From Patescibacteria group bacterium (GTDB lineage: Bacteria; Patescibacteriota; Patescibacteriia; UBA10025; JBIOWE01), in assembly GCA_044868145.1 (NCBI GenBank), contig JBIOWE010000004.1, positions 203,197 to 267,196 of the forward strand: a stretch of DNA of 64,000 nt, read 5' to 3'. The notes under the pieces are model-generated. The model made no database searches and was not told where the DNA came from. It was given only the letters and a program-made list of their open reading frames with translations. The position numbers and the translations under genes were made by a program. The number at the start of each line of letters is the position of its first letter. Position 1 is the first letter of the stretch. Below, piece by piece: positions 10,108-19,502 of this stretch.

Positions 10108-10647
10108 ATGATATCTGAAGACGATATTCAGGCCATTGTTGCTTCCGCACAAGGAGGTGACGCAGACAGCGTGGCAAAGCTCTTTGAACTGTTCAGTGAT
10201 AGGATTTTTCGATTTTTTCGGGTACGCATCTCGGATACTAAAACCGCCGAAGACCTTACACAAACGGTTTTTCTTGAAATGATTCAGGCCTTGAAACGGT
10301 ATAAGAGACAGGAAGCAAAATTTTCTACATGGCTATTTCAAATCGCACGCTTTCGCCTGATTGACGAGTATCGAAAAAATCCGCCACCCCTCTCTATCGA
10401 TGAATCGTTGCAGAATCATCCATCATTAATCGTTGATCCTCCGGGCGAAATCAGCTTGCCACGCAACATTGATAGCGCATTTGCAAAACTCCCAGAGCGC
10501 TATCAGACAATACTCCATTTGCGGTTTCGTGAGGATTTTTCCTATCGAGAAGTAGCCTATAGCATGAATATTTCGGAAGTGCATGTACGCGTCTTACAGC
10601 ACCGTGCGCTCAACGCCCTTCGCAAATTATTAAACGAACATCATTAA
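10108..10647 (+). CDS. ECF-type RNA polymerase sigma factor (sigma-70 regions 2 and 4)
   Basis: Region 2 motifs (FRFFRVRI...DLTQTVFLEM...STWLFQIARFRLIDEYR) and a region 4 HTH (SYREVAYSMNISEVHVRVLQHRALNALR). Confidence 0.85.
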   Translation: MISEDDIQAIVASAQGGDADSVAKLFELFSDRIFRFFRVRISDTKTAEDLTQTVFLEMIQALKRYKRQEAKFSTWLFQIARFRLIDEYRKNPPPLSIDESLQNHPSLIVDPPGEISLPRNIDSAFAKLPERYQTILHLRFREDFSYREVAYSMNISEVHVRVLQHRALNALRKLLNEHH

Positions 10648-10657
10648 TAAATAACGT

Positions 10658-11368
10658 ATGACCTTATTTCGCCCACAAGTAAAAAAAAGCGAGGAACTGA
10701 TTGCAGCCATTCGCAAGTCCGGAACGCATACCCTCAATCCAGATTCAAGAATGAATATACGCTCTGTTGTGTTGCAAACAAACCACACCGTAACAAAGAG
10801 CGACCCCGTTCGGTATAAGAAGCACCCAATCATGGGGATATTAACTCTTAAACTTCGACCTATGACCTTAGTGCTTATTATCATGGCGCTTATTGCGCTC
10901 ACCGGAGGCACGGTGATAGCAGCTGACGCAGCGAAACCCGGTGACTCGCTTTTTGGCATCGATCGCGCTGTCGAACGTGTCCAGCTCAATTTAAGCTTAT
11001 CCGATGTCGCTAGAGCTCGAACACAGGCGGAAATTGCCGAGGAACGCTTGCGCGAACTCCAGGAGCTCCAATCTGGGGAGGATACGGACGAAGAAGATAT
11101 TGACACCGCGGAAAACGAGGCGGACACGGCGTTAAATCAAGCGCAAGATACGCTGGATGATGTCATTGAGAATATGGAATCAAAGGATAATGAACAAGCG
11201 CAGGAACGATTAGAACAAGTTCGGCAAAAATTAGAAGATCTTGATCAGGAACGCGATACTTCCCCCCACACAAATACAGAGGAACCAACCGAAACAAATA
11301 CGGAAAACGATCCATCTTCTTTCCACTCAAACGTGAACGCTCACCAGGAAAACTCAAACAGTCGATAG
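10658..11368 (+). CDS. Putative membrane-anchored anti-sigma factor (one TM, acidic coiled-coil C-terminal domain)
   Basis: It starts 11 nt after the sigma factor stop. It has a single TM helix (LVLIIMALIALTGG) followed by an acidic, coiled-coil-rich extracytoplasmic tail. The call rests on position and topology only. Confidence 0.5.
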   Translation: MTLFRPQVKKSEELIAAIRKSGTHTLNPDSRMNIRSVVLQTNHTVTKSDPVRYKKHPIMGILTLKLRPMTLVLIIMALIALTGGTVIAADAAKPGDSLFGIDRAVERVQLNLSLSDVARARTQAEIAEERLRELQELQSGEDTDEEDIDTAENEADTALNQAQDTLDDVIENMESKDNEQAQERLEQVRQKLEDLDQERDTSPHTNTEEPTETNTENDPSSFHSNVNAHQENSNSR

Positions 11369-11578
11369 GCAACTAAAGAAGGCAGTGTGCAAACTGCACG
11401 GTTAACAATACCTGAACATTACAAAGAAGTAAGAAAAAAGCAGAACATTTTAGAAGGAATATTCCGCGTACCTAGAAAACGGCGCTTGCGCCGTTTTTTA
11501 GATCCTCGACTACATGTCGTTGCAAAAGGAGTCGGGATTTTTTACTTGTGCTAGACAGTTCCTTTTATTATACTGACT

Positions 11579-12007
11579 GTGTCTCCCAACAAAAAACATA
11601 TGCCCAACGATGTGAACGCCAATAACAAAACAAACGCTGAAGTCCAGGAGAACAAGATTTATCTTGGGGACGAAGATATTATCTATGTAGAATATCATGG
11701 ACCCCAGACCTACGAAACCATACATCGCAATTTTGTAAAAATCGAAGAGATAGCAAAGGAGTTGAGGAAAGCTGGAAAGCCAGTAAAACTTTTGAATAAT
11801 ATTGGCGGTGTTACCACGCAAACGATCGGTGCGCGTAAAGCAGGGTTGGAAACCGTACGAAAGATGAAGATAGATGCCATCGCACTGTGTGGAGGCAGTC
11901 GATTCATCAAATACTTGGGCAACTACTTTCTCAAAGCAATTGGTCATCCGAACTCTCGTTCGTTCGACACCCAAGACGAGGCATTCGCATGGCTACGAGA
12001 GGTTTAA
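11579..12007 (+). CDS. STAS/SpoIIAA-like small protein (paralogue of 9611-9973)
   Basis: 142 aa. Homologous to the ORF at 9611-9973 over the C-terminal 90 aa. Sits immediately upstream of the histidine kinase. Confidence 0.6.
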   Translation: MSPNKKHMPNDVNANNKTNAEVQENKIYLGDEDIIYVEYHGPQTYETIHRNFVKIEEIAKELRKAGKPVKLLNNIGGVTTQTIGARKAGLETVRKMKIDAIALCGGSRFIKYLGNYFLKAIGHPNSRSFDTQDEAFAWLREV

Positions 12008-12011
12008 TACT

Positions 12012-13403
12012 ATGGCCCCGCAGTCAAAGCAACTGCCCGCAGAGGAATATCGTAGCTATGTCGTTCGCAGATTGGCTGGCTTAGAGCATTTATTCACGAG
12101 AGCTTCGATCGGCGATTTTTCACAAGACGTCCAATTGCCAAAAGAAGACGATGAGTTCACGACGCTCTATGCAGGTGTCCAAGTGATGATCGAAGCCGTA
12201 CGTGAAAAAGTTGGCGAGCTACAAGAGCTCAACCGACAGTTAACGGGCAAGGTTGGTGAATTACGAGAATTAACAACTCGACTCCGCACAGAACAAGCGC
12301 GGGATCGGGCAATACTGCTCGGGATGGGTGAAGGCTTGGTTGTTGTTGATGAACGCGGGATAATAACCATGGCCAATCAGGCCTTTGAAAGCATGATGGG
12401 TTGGACCAGTCAGGAAGCGATGGGAAAATACTTACCCGACGTGTTACCAGCCCAAGATGAATCTGGCCAGCGTATTCCAAATACTGAGCGGCCATTATCA
12501 AAAGCGTTCAAGATGCACGAAACGATTATGACGGGCGTAGGCGTGAATCCGTATTATTACGTCCGCCGCGATGGGACAAGATTTCCTGTCGCAATTACCG
12601 TCAGTCCATTCATGAGCCGGGGCCGCGTGATTGGCTCCATCAATGTTTTTCGTGATATCACCCGCGAACAGGATATCGACCGAGCGAAGAGTGAATTTGT
12701 GAGCTTAGCGTCGCATCAGTTGCGAACCCCCTTGACCATTATTCGTTGGTCAGCGGATATTTTAAAACGGTATGCCGGAAAATTAAGCCCTCAACAAGAA
12801 AAATACGTCACTGCGGTTGAAGAGGCGGGCCGACAAATGGTTAATCTTGTGGATGCGCTCTTGAATGTTTCTCGAATTGAGGCAGGCAGTCTTCGAATCG
12901 AGCCAAAACCCGTTGACGTAAAAAAACTTGTTGACGGCATTTTACGAGAACTCCAGCCACTGATTGATACGCAACAACTGCGCATGCGAACGCGAGTAGC
13001 AGCGGACCTTCCGAAACTACAGGTCGACCCTGAACTCACGCGTGTCGTCATTCACAATCTCATCACGAATGCCATAAAATATACCAAGCAGCGCGGTCAA
13101 ATTTTCATTACCGTGGCGCGCGACGCCGCAAACATTAAGGTTAGCGTCCGAGATACGGGAGTCGGCATACCGGTCGAGGACCAGCCAAAGATTTTTTCCA
13201 AGCTTTATCGTGCTGAAAATGTTATGCAACTCGAGCCACACGGCACCGGGCTTGGCCTTTATATCGCAAAAGCGGTGGTTGAACAATCAGGCGGCCGCAT
13301 CTGGTTCGAGTCAAAAGAAAATTCTGGGACAACGTTTACCTTCACCTTACCGCTTCGTGGCGTGCAGAAAAAGACTGGAACAAAAATAATCTCTCCGGGC
13401 TAG
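12012..13403 (+). CDS. Cytoplasmic sensor histidine kinase (coiled-coil repeat, PAS, HisKA, HATPase_c)
   Basis: No TM segment. Internal duplication KVGELQELNRQL/KVGELRELTTRL, a PAS-like segment (LVVVDERGIITMANQAFESMMGW), an H-box SHQLRTPLT, and N/G boxes (GTGLGL). The likely start is the ATG at 12012 (MAPQSK); the track ORF starts at 11874 and overlaps the upstream gene. Confidence 0.85.
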   Translation: MAPQSKQLPAEEYRSYVVRRLAGLEHLFTRASIGDFSQDVQLPKEDDEFTTLYAGVQVMIEAVREKVGELQELNRQLTGKVGELRELTTRLRTEQARDRAILLGMGEGLVVVDERGIITMANQAFESMMGWTSQEAMGKYLPDVLPAQDESGQRIPNTERPLSKAFKMHETIMTGVGVNPYYYVRRDGTRFPVAITVSPFMSRGRVIGSINVFRDITREQDIDRAKSEFVSLASHQLRTPLTIIRWSADILKRYAGKLSPQQEKYVTAVEEAGRQMVNLVDALLNVSRIEAGSLRIEPKPVDVKKLVDGILRELQPLIDTQQLRMRTRVAADLPKLQVDPELTRVVIHNLITNAIKYTKQRGQIFITVARDAANIKVSVRDTGVGIPVEDQPKIFSKLYRAENVMQLEPHGTGLGLYIAKAVVEQSGGRIWFESKENSGTTFTFTLPLRGVQKKTGTKIISPG

Positions 13404-13445
13404 CAAGCTGTTGCCCACTGCTTGTAGCTTTGGTATTATAATAAC

Positions 13446-13832
13446 ATGAAGGACAATGGGAGCAAGTCAATATTGATCGTGGAGGACGAGGTCTCACTGC
13501 TTCAGGCATTGGTTGACGTCTTTACCCTGGAAGGGTTCCATGTGTTAAGTGCTGCGAATGGGGCGGAGGGCGTAGAGATAGCAAAACAAAAGCACCCAGA
13601 TTTGATATTGCTCGACATTGTCATGCCAAGACTCGACGGGCTGGGCGTGTTGAAGAAACTTCGCGAAGATTCATGGGGCAAAACCGTACCGGTTATTATG
13701 TTAACGAACCTCTCCGATTATAAAAGCGTCGCTGACGCGCTGAAACACGGCGTGCACGACTTCCTTGTAAAAAGCAATTGGGAGATCGATAAGGTGGTTA
13801 AACTTGTCAAAAGAAAACTTCACACAGGGTAA
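13446..13832 (+). CDS. Single-domain response regulator (CheY-like receiver only)
   Basis: Receiver signature EDE, phospho-acceptor Asp (LILLDIVMP), and a T/K pair. 128 aa with no output domain. Confidence 0.85.
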   Translation: MKDNGSKSILIVEDEVSLLQALVDVFTLEGFHVLSAANGAEGVEIAKQKHPDLILLDIVMPRLDGLGVLKKLREDSWGKTVPVIMLTNLSDYKSVADALKHGVHDFLVKSNWEIDKVVKLVKRKLHTG

Positions 13833-13861
13833 GTGCGTCTAAAACATTAACCTCTATACAT

Positions 13862-14080
13862 ATGGACAACCAACCAGCACAACAAAATCAAGCGCCGCCG
13901 CAGGAGTATCAGACTCCCAAGAAGGGCTATGGCAAGCGCCCGCTATGGCAGTGGATTCTCATTTATGTCGTCGTCGGGGGTATTATCTACGCCGCAATCT
14001 ATTACTTCGTCATTGCTAAAAACGGCAGCTACAATTCGTCAAACACAAATTACAACTACACTACGAACAGCAATTATTAG
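13862..14080 (+). CDS. Small membrane protein (1 TM, N/Y-rich tail), hypothetical
   Basis: 72-aa ORF with the TM segment WILIYVVVGGIIYAAIYYFVI. Confidence 0.4.
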   Translation: MDNQPAQQNQAPPQEYQTPKKGYGKRPLWQWILIYVVVGGIIYAAIYYFVIAKNGSYNSSNTNYNYTTNSNY

Positions 14081-14128
14081 CACAGCCGGAAATATTTGAC
14101 CGAGAGGAAAACTTTGAACAGAGAAAAT

Positions 14129-14590
14129 ATGCCAAAGAAGAAAATAACCATTGATGCGACCGCGGCGACGAGAGAGATTGCTGATGATGTCATGCAGTCG
14201 CCAGACCCGATCCGCGATGTTCAACAGGAAAGCGATTGGATGGACGAGGACTTCTCCGGCCAGCTTGCGGTTGACGTGTACCAGTCGAAAAACAGTATCG
14301 TCATTCGATCAACGATCGCTGGGGTGCGACCTGAAGATATTGACATTGCCATTAATAACGACATGGTAACGATTCGCGGCGTCAGACAGGTAGATGATGA
14401 AGTATCCGACGATCAATACTATTATCGTGAGTGTTACTGGGGCGGATTCTCACGCTCCATTATTCTTCCGGTGGATATCAAAGCCGACGAAGTACGTGCG
14501 CATATGAAGAATGGCGTGCTCACGATTGTGCTCCCGAAAGCCGAAAAGGTCAGCAAGGTGCGCGTCGTGAAAGTACAGGAAGACGAATAG
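14129..14590 (+). CDS. Hsp20/alpha-crystallin family small heat-shock protein
   Basis: Alpha-crystallin domain motifs (AVDVYQS, GVLTIVLPK). The likely start is MPKKK at 14129; the track ORF starts at 14096. Confidence 0.8.
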   Translation: MPKKKITIDATAATREIADDVMQSPDPIRDVQQESDWMDEDFSGQLAVDVYQSKNSIVIRSTIAGVRPEDIDIAINNDMVTIRGVRQVDDEVSDDQYYYRECYWGGFSRSIILPVDIKADEVRAHMKNGVLTIVLPKAEKVSKVRVVKVQEDE

Positions 14591-14597
14591 CAAACAA

Positions 14598-14832
14598 TAT
14601 GACTGGCGAGGGGCAGTACTCACTCAACGTGCGGTTTGTTCGCTACGATGGTTCCTTTGCAATTTTGGAAACCGAGGGCAAGCTTGAATTCCGTTGGCCA
14701 ATTAAAAACCTGCCAGAAAACCTCATGGAGGGCGCAACCGTGCGACTGGTCCTCTCAACCGAGCAAACGGAACAGGCCGAGCGCGAATTGATCGCGAAGA
14801 CACTGATCAACCAGCTGCTCGAGTCAAAGTAA
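14598..14832 (+). CDS. Small DUF3006-like protein
   Basis: 78 aa beginning at the ATG at 14598. The pattern (YDGSFAILETEG...PIKNLPENLMEGATVRL) resembles DUF3006 by memory. It is immediately upstream of the VanW-family gene. Confidence 0.45.
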
Positions 14833-14834
14833 TT

Positions 14835-16652
14835 ATGCCAAGAAAAAAGAAAACACCTGAAGTCCATCATCCGCGAGGTCCGCTCATCGCGGGCGGCGTT
14901 GTTTTTCTCTTGGGTTTGCTCGTTCTTGGTTTTGCATTAGGGCTGCATGCAGTGTATGCAGGTCGAATCCCTCCGGGCGTGGTCATGGGAGATGTAAAGC
15001 TCGCAGGCATGGGATACGATGATGCGCGCAGCGCAATCGAGAAGCGCATGAATGAGATCGTGAACCATGGGCTCGTGTTTTCCTACCAGGGAAAAACATT
15101 TACCGTTCCTTCGACCGACGAAGATCCCGCGAACCCGGAACTCTCGGTCCGAATCTTTTCCTATGATGTTGACGCAACAATGCAAACATTGCAAGAATTC
15201 GTTGAACGTCGCGACGCATTCGATTCGTTGATGGCATCGTTGGCCGGAGCGCAGATGCCGGCAATCGTGCAAGTGGACACGCAGCGTCTTGCCGAAGCAA
15301 TCCAGCATGAGGTAGGCCAGTATGAACAGCATGCGGTCAACAGCCAGCTCATAGTCCATGACGACAACAACACAATATCTCTCACGCCGGAAAGATACGG
15401 AGTCGCGTTCAATTATGACGCGATTGTATCTGATGCGATTAAAAATCTTGTCAGTTTCGTTAACACTCCATATGTGTTGGTACTTGAACAAGACACCCCG
15501 ACCATCTTCGCCGCCGACGCACAGCGGCATCTTGAAGTTGCGAAAACAATACTGAAACAAGCACCCTACACTATTCATTACGAAGACAAAATGTGGGAGA
15601 TTACCTTGGAGAATGTGCGTTCGTGGCTGGGGTTTCGGTACGCCGGCGACCCGCCGCGCCTCATCGCCGGGTTTGCCGAGGAACCGTTGCAAGCATTTCT
15701 CAAAGCGATCGCCCAAGAGGTGAATGTCGAGAAAAAGGAAGTAAAATTCGAAGTCGTAGACAGTCGCGTGGCGAGCTTCCAGCTTCCAACGTCGGGCCTT
15801 ACTGTCGATATCAATGAAACGAGTCAGTTGGTCAACGAGAAAATCCGCCAAGTGGGCATTAAGGAAATTGATCTTATTGTGAAGCGTGATGATCCAGCAA
15901 CAAACGCCGGCGACACGAACGACCTCGGCATCCGCGAGCTTATCGGCGTCGGACAAACGAATTTCAAGGGCAGTCCGAAAAATCGTCGCCATAACATCGC
16001 GGTCGGCGCAAATTCCCTGAACGGGATTCTCATAAAACCCGGCGAGGAATTCTCGCTGCTGAAAGCGCTCGGAAAAATTGAGGCATCAACCGGTTATTTG
16101 CCGGAACTCGTTATCAAAGGCAACCGAACAATTCCGGAGTATGGCGGCGGCCTTTGCCAAATCGGTACGACGTCGTTCCGCGTCGCGCTCAACGCCGGTA
16201 TGCCCATTGTCGCGCGCAGGAACCACTCGTATCGCGTTTCGTATTATGAACCACCGGTTGGGATGGACGCAACGATCTACGATCCCGCGCCGGACTTTAA
16301 GTTTTTGAACGACACGGGCCATTATATTTTGTTCCAAACGGAAATCAAAGCCGACGACTTGATCTTTCGATTCTATGGCACAAAAGATGGCCGTACAGCC
16401 GAAACAACAACACCTCGGGTGTATAATGCGGTGCAACCCGGGCCGACGAAATACATTGAATCAACGGACATACCGGTCGGCACGCAAAAGTGTGTAGAAA
16501 AAGCGCACGTCGGTTCTGACGCGGAGTTTACGTATACGGTAACGTACAGCGATGGCCATCAGAATGTGCAAACATTCACCAGCCACTATAAACCCTGGCA
16601 AGCGGTATGCCTCGTCGGTGTTGAAAAACTTTCCGAGGATCAGGTAAATTAA
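14835..16652 (+). CDS. VanW-family protein (N-terminal TM anchor, C-terminal VanW domain)
   Basis: N-terminal TM helix. The C-terminus carries a VanW-like block (NIAVGANSLNGILIKPGEEFS...GGGLCQIGTTSFRVALNAGMPIVARRNHSYRVSYY). Confidence 0.8.
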   Translation: MPRKKKTPEVHHPRGPLIAGGVVFLLGLLVLGFALGLHAVYAGRIPPGVVMGDVKLAGMGYDDARSAIEKRMNEIVNHGLVFSYQGKTFTVPSTDEDPANPELSVRIFSYDVDATMQTLQEFVERRDAFDSLMASLAGAQMPAIVQVDTQRLAEAIQHEVGQYEQHAVNSQLIVHDDNNTISLTPERYGVAFNYDAIVSDAIKNLVSFVNTPYVLVLEQDTPTIFAADAQRHLEVAKTILKQAPYTIHYEDKMWEITLENVRSWLGFRYAGDPPRLIAGFAEEPLQAFLKAIAQEVNVEKKEVKFEVVDSRVASFQLPTSGLTVDINETSQLVNEKIRQVGIKEIDLIVKRDDPATNAGDTNDLGIRELIGVGQTNFKGSPKNRRHNIAVGANSLNGILIKPGEEFSLLKALGKIEASTGYLPELVIKGNRTIPEYGGGLCQIGTTSFRVALNAGMPIVARRNHSYRVSYYEPPVGMDATIYDPAPDFKFLNDTGHYILFQTEIKADDLIFRFYGTKDGRTAETTTPRVYNAVQPGPTKYIESTDIPVGTQKCVEKAHVGSDAEFTYTVTYSDGHQNVQTFTSHYKPWQAVCLVGVEKLSEDQVN

Positions 16653-16662
16653 CGAATAAAGA

Positions 16663-16696
16663 AATCCAGCTTCTTTTTGAAAGCTGGATTTATTAT
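16663..16696. terminator. Bidirectional intrinsic terminator (10-bp stem AATCCAGCTT / AAGCTGGATT)
   Basis: A hairpin flanked by T-runs on both strands, lying between the convergent genes ending at 16652 (+) and 16717 (-). Confidence 0.7.
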
Positions 16697-16716
16697 ACTT
16701 AAGAGAACGTGCCTCC

Positions 16717-17115
16717 TTATTTTCCGAATAGTTGTTTTACAAGCATGCCGAGATCGGAAAATGAAAAAAATAGAAATATAAACGCAATAGTAAATGGAAC
16801 AGTCCGATTCGGGACAACGCGTGGAAACTTATACGCTAAGAGATAGCAAGCGCCGGCTAGTCCTAAGAAGAATAAGCCTGATAGCAAGTGGGGGTCAAGC
16901 ATTCTTAGGGCGCTGAATGCATGAAAATCAAACATACTACCAGTGCGTTCGTATGAGCGTCCCCAGAAGAAGACGGCGAGGCAGAGTGGCACGAATGTTA
17001 ATGCGGTGTAAACTGGGCCCGTGGCTTTTGGGAACCTTGCAGGTACGGCCCAAGCAAGAAATGCAATGGTTAAAGCAAATAGTTGCGCAATTGGATTCAG
17101 CATGAAATCCAGCAT
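16717..17115 (-). CDS. Hypothetical integral membrane protein (132 aa, about 4 TM)
   Basis: ORF with several hydrophobic helices. No recognisable motif. Confidence 0.5.
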   Translation of the reverse strand: MLDFMLNPIAQLFALTIAFLAWAVPARFPKATGPVYTALTFVPLCLAVFFWGRSYERTGSMFDFHAFSALRMLDPHLLSGLFFLGLAGACYLLAYKFPRVVPNRTVPFTIAFIFLFFSFSDLGMLVKQLFGK

Positions 17116-17291
17116 AACTCCCTCCTCATTTATTGGTTTTGAGTTTTCTTCGTGTAGCTAAAGATTGTCAGAATTTCAACGTAATCTGCGTACGTTAGTT
17201 TCTATTGGGTTTCCTCCTTTGTTATTGGTTGATGTCAAAGATCGCTATTGCAAGGATAGAGAAAAAAATACGTTTTGTCCAGAAATCTGCT

Positions 17292-17560
17292 CACCCACCA
17301 TTTCTCAATTTTCGTCAGCACCAAACCCTCGCAATATCTGCAGTCAAGAGAGTTATTCTAAGGTACGGTTAAGGGATGAGCCTGAATCGTCCTCGGAATA
17401 ACGCCCATGCTTGTCGTGACTGCAGGTAATTGAAAGGGTTGTTTTTAAAGAAATGGTGGGTGGGTTTGTCGTGCCTGTCCGCCGCAGCGTAAGCAGTGGC
17501 GGAACTGCAGGTTTACAAACAAAACGCCTCGGAGTTCATTTCAAGGGCGTTTTTTATTTG
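17292..17560 (+). ncRNA. Candidate structured ncRNA: nested long hairpin of about 171 nt (6S-like architecture), an extra hairpin, and a terminator-like end
   Basis: Nested complementary pairs read from the sequence: 17292-17305/17449-17462 (14 bp), 17338-17346/17417-17425 (9 bp) and 17352-17358/17396-17402 (7 bp). There is a further hairpin at 17474-17512. A GC stem (AACGCC/GGCGTT, 17523-17552) is followed by TTTTTTATTTG. The surrounding 525-bp gap has no convincing ORF. Strand and RNA class are uncertain. Confidence 0.35.
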
Positions 17561-17641
17561 TATTTTTGTCGAACAAGACATCGTATCATACAATAATTAT
17601 CTTGTCAAGGGTTAAGAGGAATGGTACGATGATGGCACGCT

Positions 17642-19138
17642 ATGACCGTCATATTGGAACAATTGAAGAAACGCGTAGACGCTGGCAGTCTTTTTTTTCC
17701 ATTGTTTGAAAAAGAAAAGCCTGAACAAGCAAGCGCATGGCAGATTCTTGACCGAGACGCTCGTCTTGCGGTCAAACGGTCGCTTGGCCATCATTTCACC
17801 GGAAAGCTCGGGGAATCGCACGACATTTTTCTGCGTAGCAAGCGACCCGAAGCTGTTGTTCTTATTGGTCTTGGCCAAAAGAAAGATTGGACCACGCGAC
17901 GGTTTATTCTCATCAGCCGTAAACTCGTCGCGCTCGCAAACAAAAACAAGCAACAAGAAATCGCGGTTCCATTCGATCCAATGGTTCCGGCGAGCGCAGA
18001 GCAAGCTCGCGCCGTACAGTCCTTTGTCGAAGCTCTCCTGATGGCGCAATACGATTTTCGAAGCTATAAAGAACTGCCAAAGCACGGTTGGCCGGACGTT
18101 CGTCGTGTTCGCATATTGTCCGATCACCTCCATAAAGACCGTAAAGCTCAAAGCGCGGTGAAGATGGGAGCAGTGATTGCCAGTGCGGTTAATCATTGTC
18201 GTGACCTTGCGAATACGCCTGGCGGCGACATGACGCCCCGCTTGCTCGCCGAGGACGCACTCAAGACGGGCAAGGCAGCGGGCTTTCGCATCAAAGTACT
18301 TGGCCCAGCGGAGATGAAACGTCTAAAAATGGGCGCCATTCTCGGCGTGGCACGCGGCAGCGTGGAACAAGCGCGGTTCATTATCATGGAATATCGCCAT
18401 GGCGGGTCACAATCACCCATCATATTCGTCGGCAAGGGCGTAACCTTTGATACAGGAGGTCTGAATATTAAGCCGGAGAACTCCATGCTCGATATGCACA
18501 TGGATATGAGCGGTGGAGCAGCAGTGATCGGTGCGCTCGAAGCCATTGCGAAGCTCCGACTCCGCGTGAATGTCATTGGACTGGTGCCAGCAGTGGAAAA
18601 TATGCCCTCAGGGTCGGGTTATCGGCCTGGTGACCTGTTACGATCCATGTCCGGCAAGACAATTGAAGTGAAAAACACCGACGCGGAAGGCCGGGTTATT
18701 CTCGCCGACGCCTTGACCTATGCAAATCGATACAAACCCTCGCACGTCGTTGACCTCGCAACCCTGACTGGCGCGGCAATGGTCGCGCTTGGGCAGCACG
18801 CGGCCGCGTTGCTCACATCCGATGAGCGCTTCGCCAGCCTGTGCCAGGAAACCGGTGAGACGAGTGGCGACTATCTGTGGCGATTACCTTTGTGGGAAGA
18901 ATACGAGGACGAGGTAAAGGGAACATTCGGCGACGTGTCTAATACTGGCAAGACACGATACGGTGGCGCGATTACCGGCGCGATGTTTCTCAAGCAATTC
19001 GTCGGCAAGTACGTATGGGCGCATCTCGACATCGCGCCAACGATGACATCCGTAGATGGCCAGAATCTTGCGAAGGGCGCGACTGGCACGGGCGTTCGCT
19101 TCCTTGTTGAGCTTGCATCGAGACTGAGCCTCAAGTAA
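17642..19138 (+). CDS. pepA: Leucyl aminopeptidase (M17 family)
   Basis: M17 catalytic-domain motifs (VGKGVTFDTGG, NTDAEGRVILADAL). Confidence 0.92.
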   Translation: MTVILEQLKKRVDAGSLFFPLFEKEKPEQASAWQILDRDARLAVKRSLGHHFTGKLGESHDIFLRSKRPEAVVLIGLGQKKDWTTRRFILISRKLVALANKNKQQEIAVPFDPMVPASAEQARAVQSFVEALLMAQYDFRSYKELPKHGWPDVRRVRILSDHLHKDRKAQSAVKMGAVIASAVNHCRDLANTPGGDMTPRLLAEDALKTGKAAGFRIKVLGPAEMKRLKMGAILGVARGSVEQARFIIMEYRHGGSQSPIIFVGKGVTFDTGGLNIKPENSMLDMHMDMSGGAAVIGALEAIAKLRLRVNVIGLVPAVENMPSGSGYRPGDLLRSMSGKTIEVKNTDAEGRVILADALTYANRYKPSHVVDLATLTGAAMVALGQHAAALLTSDERFASLCQETGETSGDYLWRLPLWEEYEDEVKGTFGDVSNTGKTRYGGAITGAMFLKQFVGKYVWAHLDIAPTMTSVDGQNLAKGATGTGVRFLVELASRLSLK

Positions 19139-19142
19139 ACGT

Positions 19143-19502
19143 ATGCATAAAGGTTTATTGATTATTCTTATCACCTTTGGCCTTATTGGTACGGGGATTC
19201 TTGGATTTTTTCTTTTGCAGTCGCCAACCCAGCAATCAACGACAACGAACACCAACGGAAACACGTCCACACAGTTTACGGCATGTGCGACGGACGCGGA
19301 CTGTGTCCTTGTCAATGAAAGTTGTTGTTCATGCGAGAATGGCGGATCAAAAACATGCATTCAGAAGGATTTACAGGCAGAGTGGGAGCGCCGCTTGAAC
19401 TGCGACGCTGCGCAGCCTTACTGTATTACATTGTATCGTTGCGATAGCCAACCAACGTCATGCGACTGCATACAAAACACATGTCAGCCCAAAACAACCT
19501 AA
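19143..19502 (+). CDS. Small secreted or membrane-anchored cysteine-rich protein (12 Cys), hypothetical
   Basis: N-terminal TM/signal segment ([21 protein letters not shown]) and a Thr/Asn-rich linker. The C-terminal 80 aa contain 12 cysteines. Confidence 0.5.
   Translation: MHKGLLIILITFGLIGTGILGFFLLQSPTQQSTTTNTNGNTSTQFTACATDADCVLVNESCCSCENGGSKTCIQKDLQAEWERRLNCDAAQPYCITLYRCDSQPTSCDCIQNTCQPKTT

Noticed and set aside
14937-15992. 351-aa ORF on the minus strand
   Set aside because: It lies entirely inside the well-supported VanW-family gene on the opposite strand and has no recognisable motifs. Antisense ORFs of this size are common in GC-balanced genes.
17116-17641. RNase P RNA, SRP RNA or tmRNA identity for the structured region
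   Set aside because: Hallmark motifs (RNase P GGAAAGTCCGG/P4 elements, SRP GGAAGCAGCC, tmRNA tag ORF and tRNA-like ends) are absent. It is kept only as a generic 6S-like candidate.
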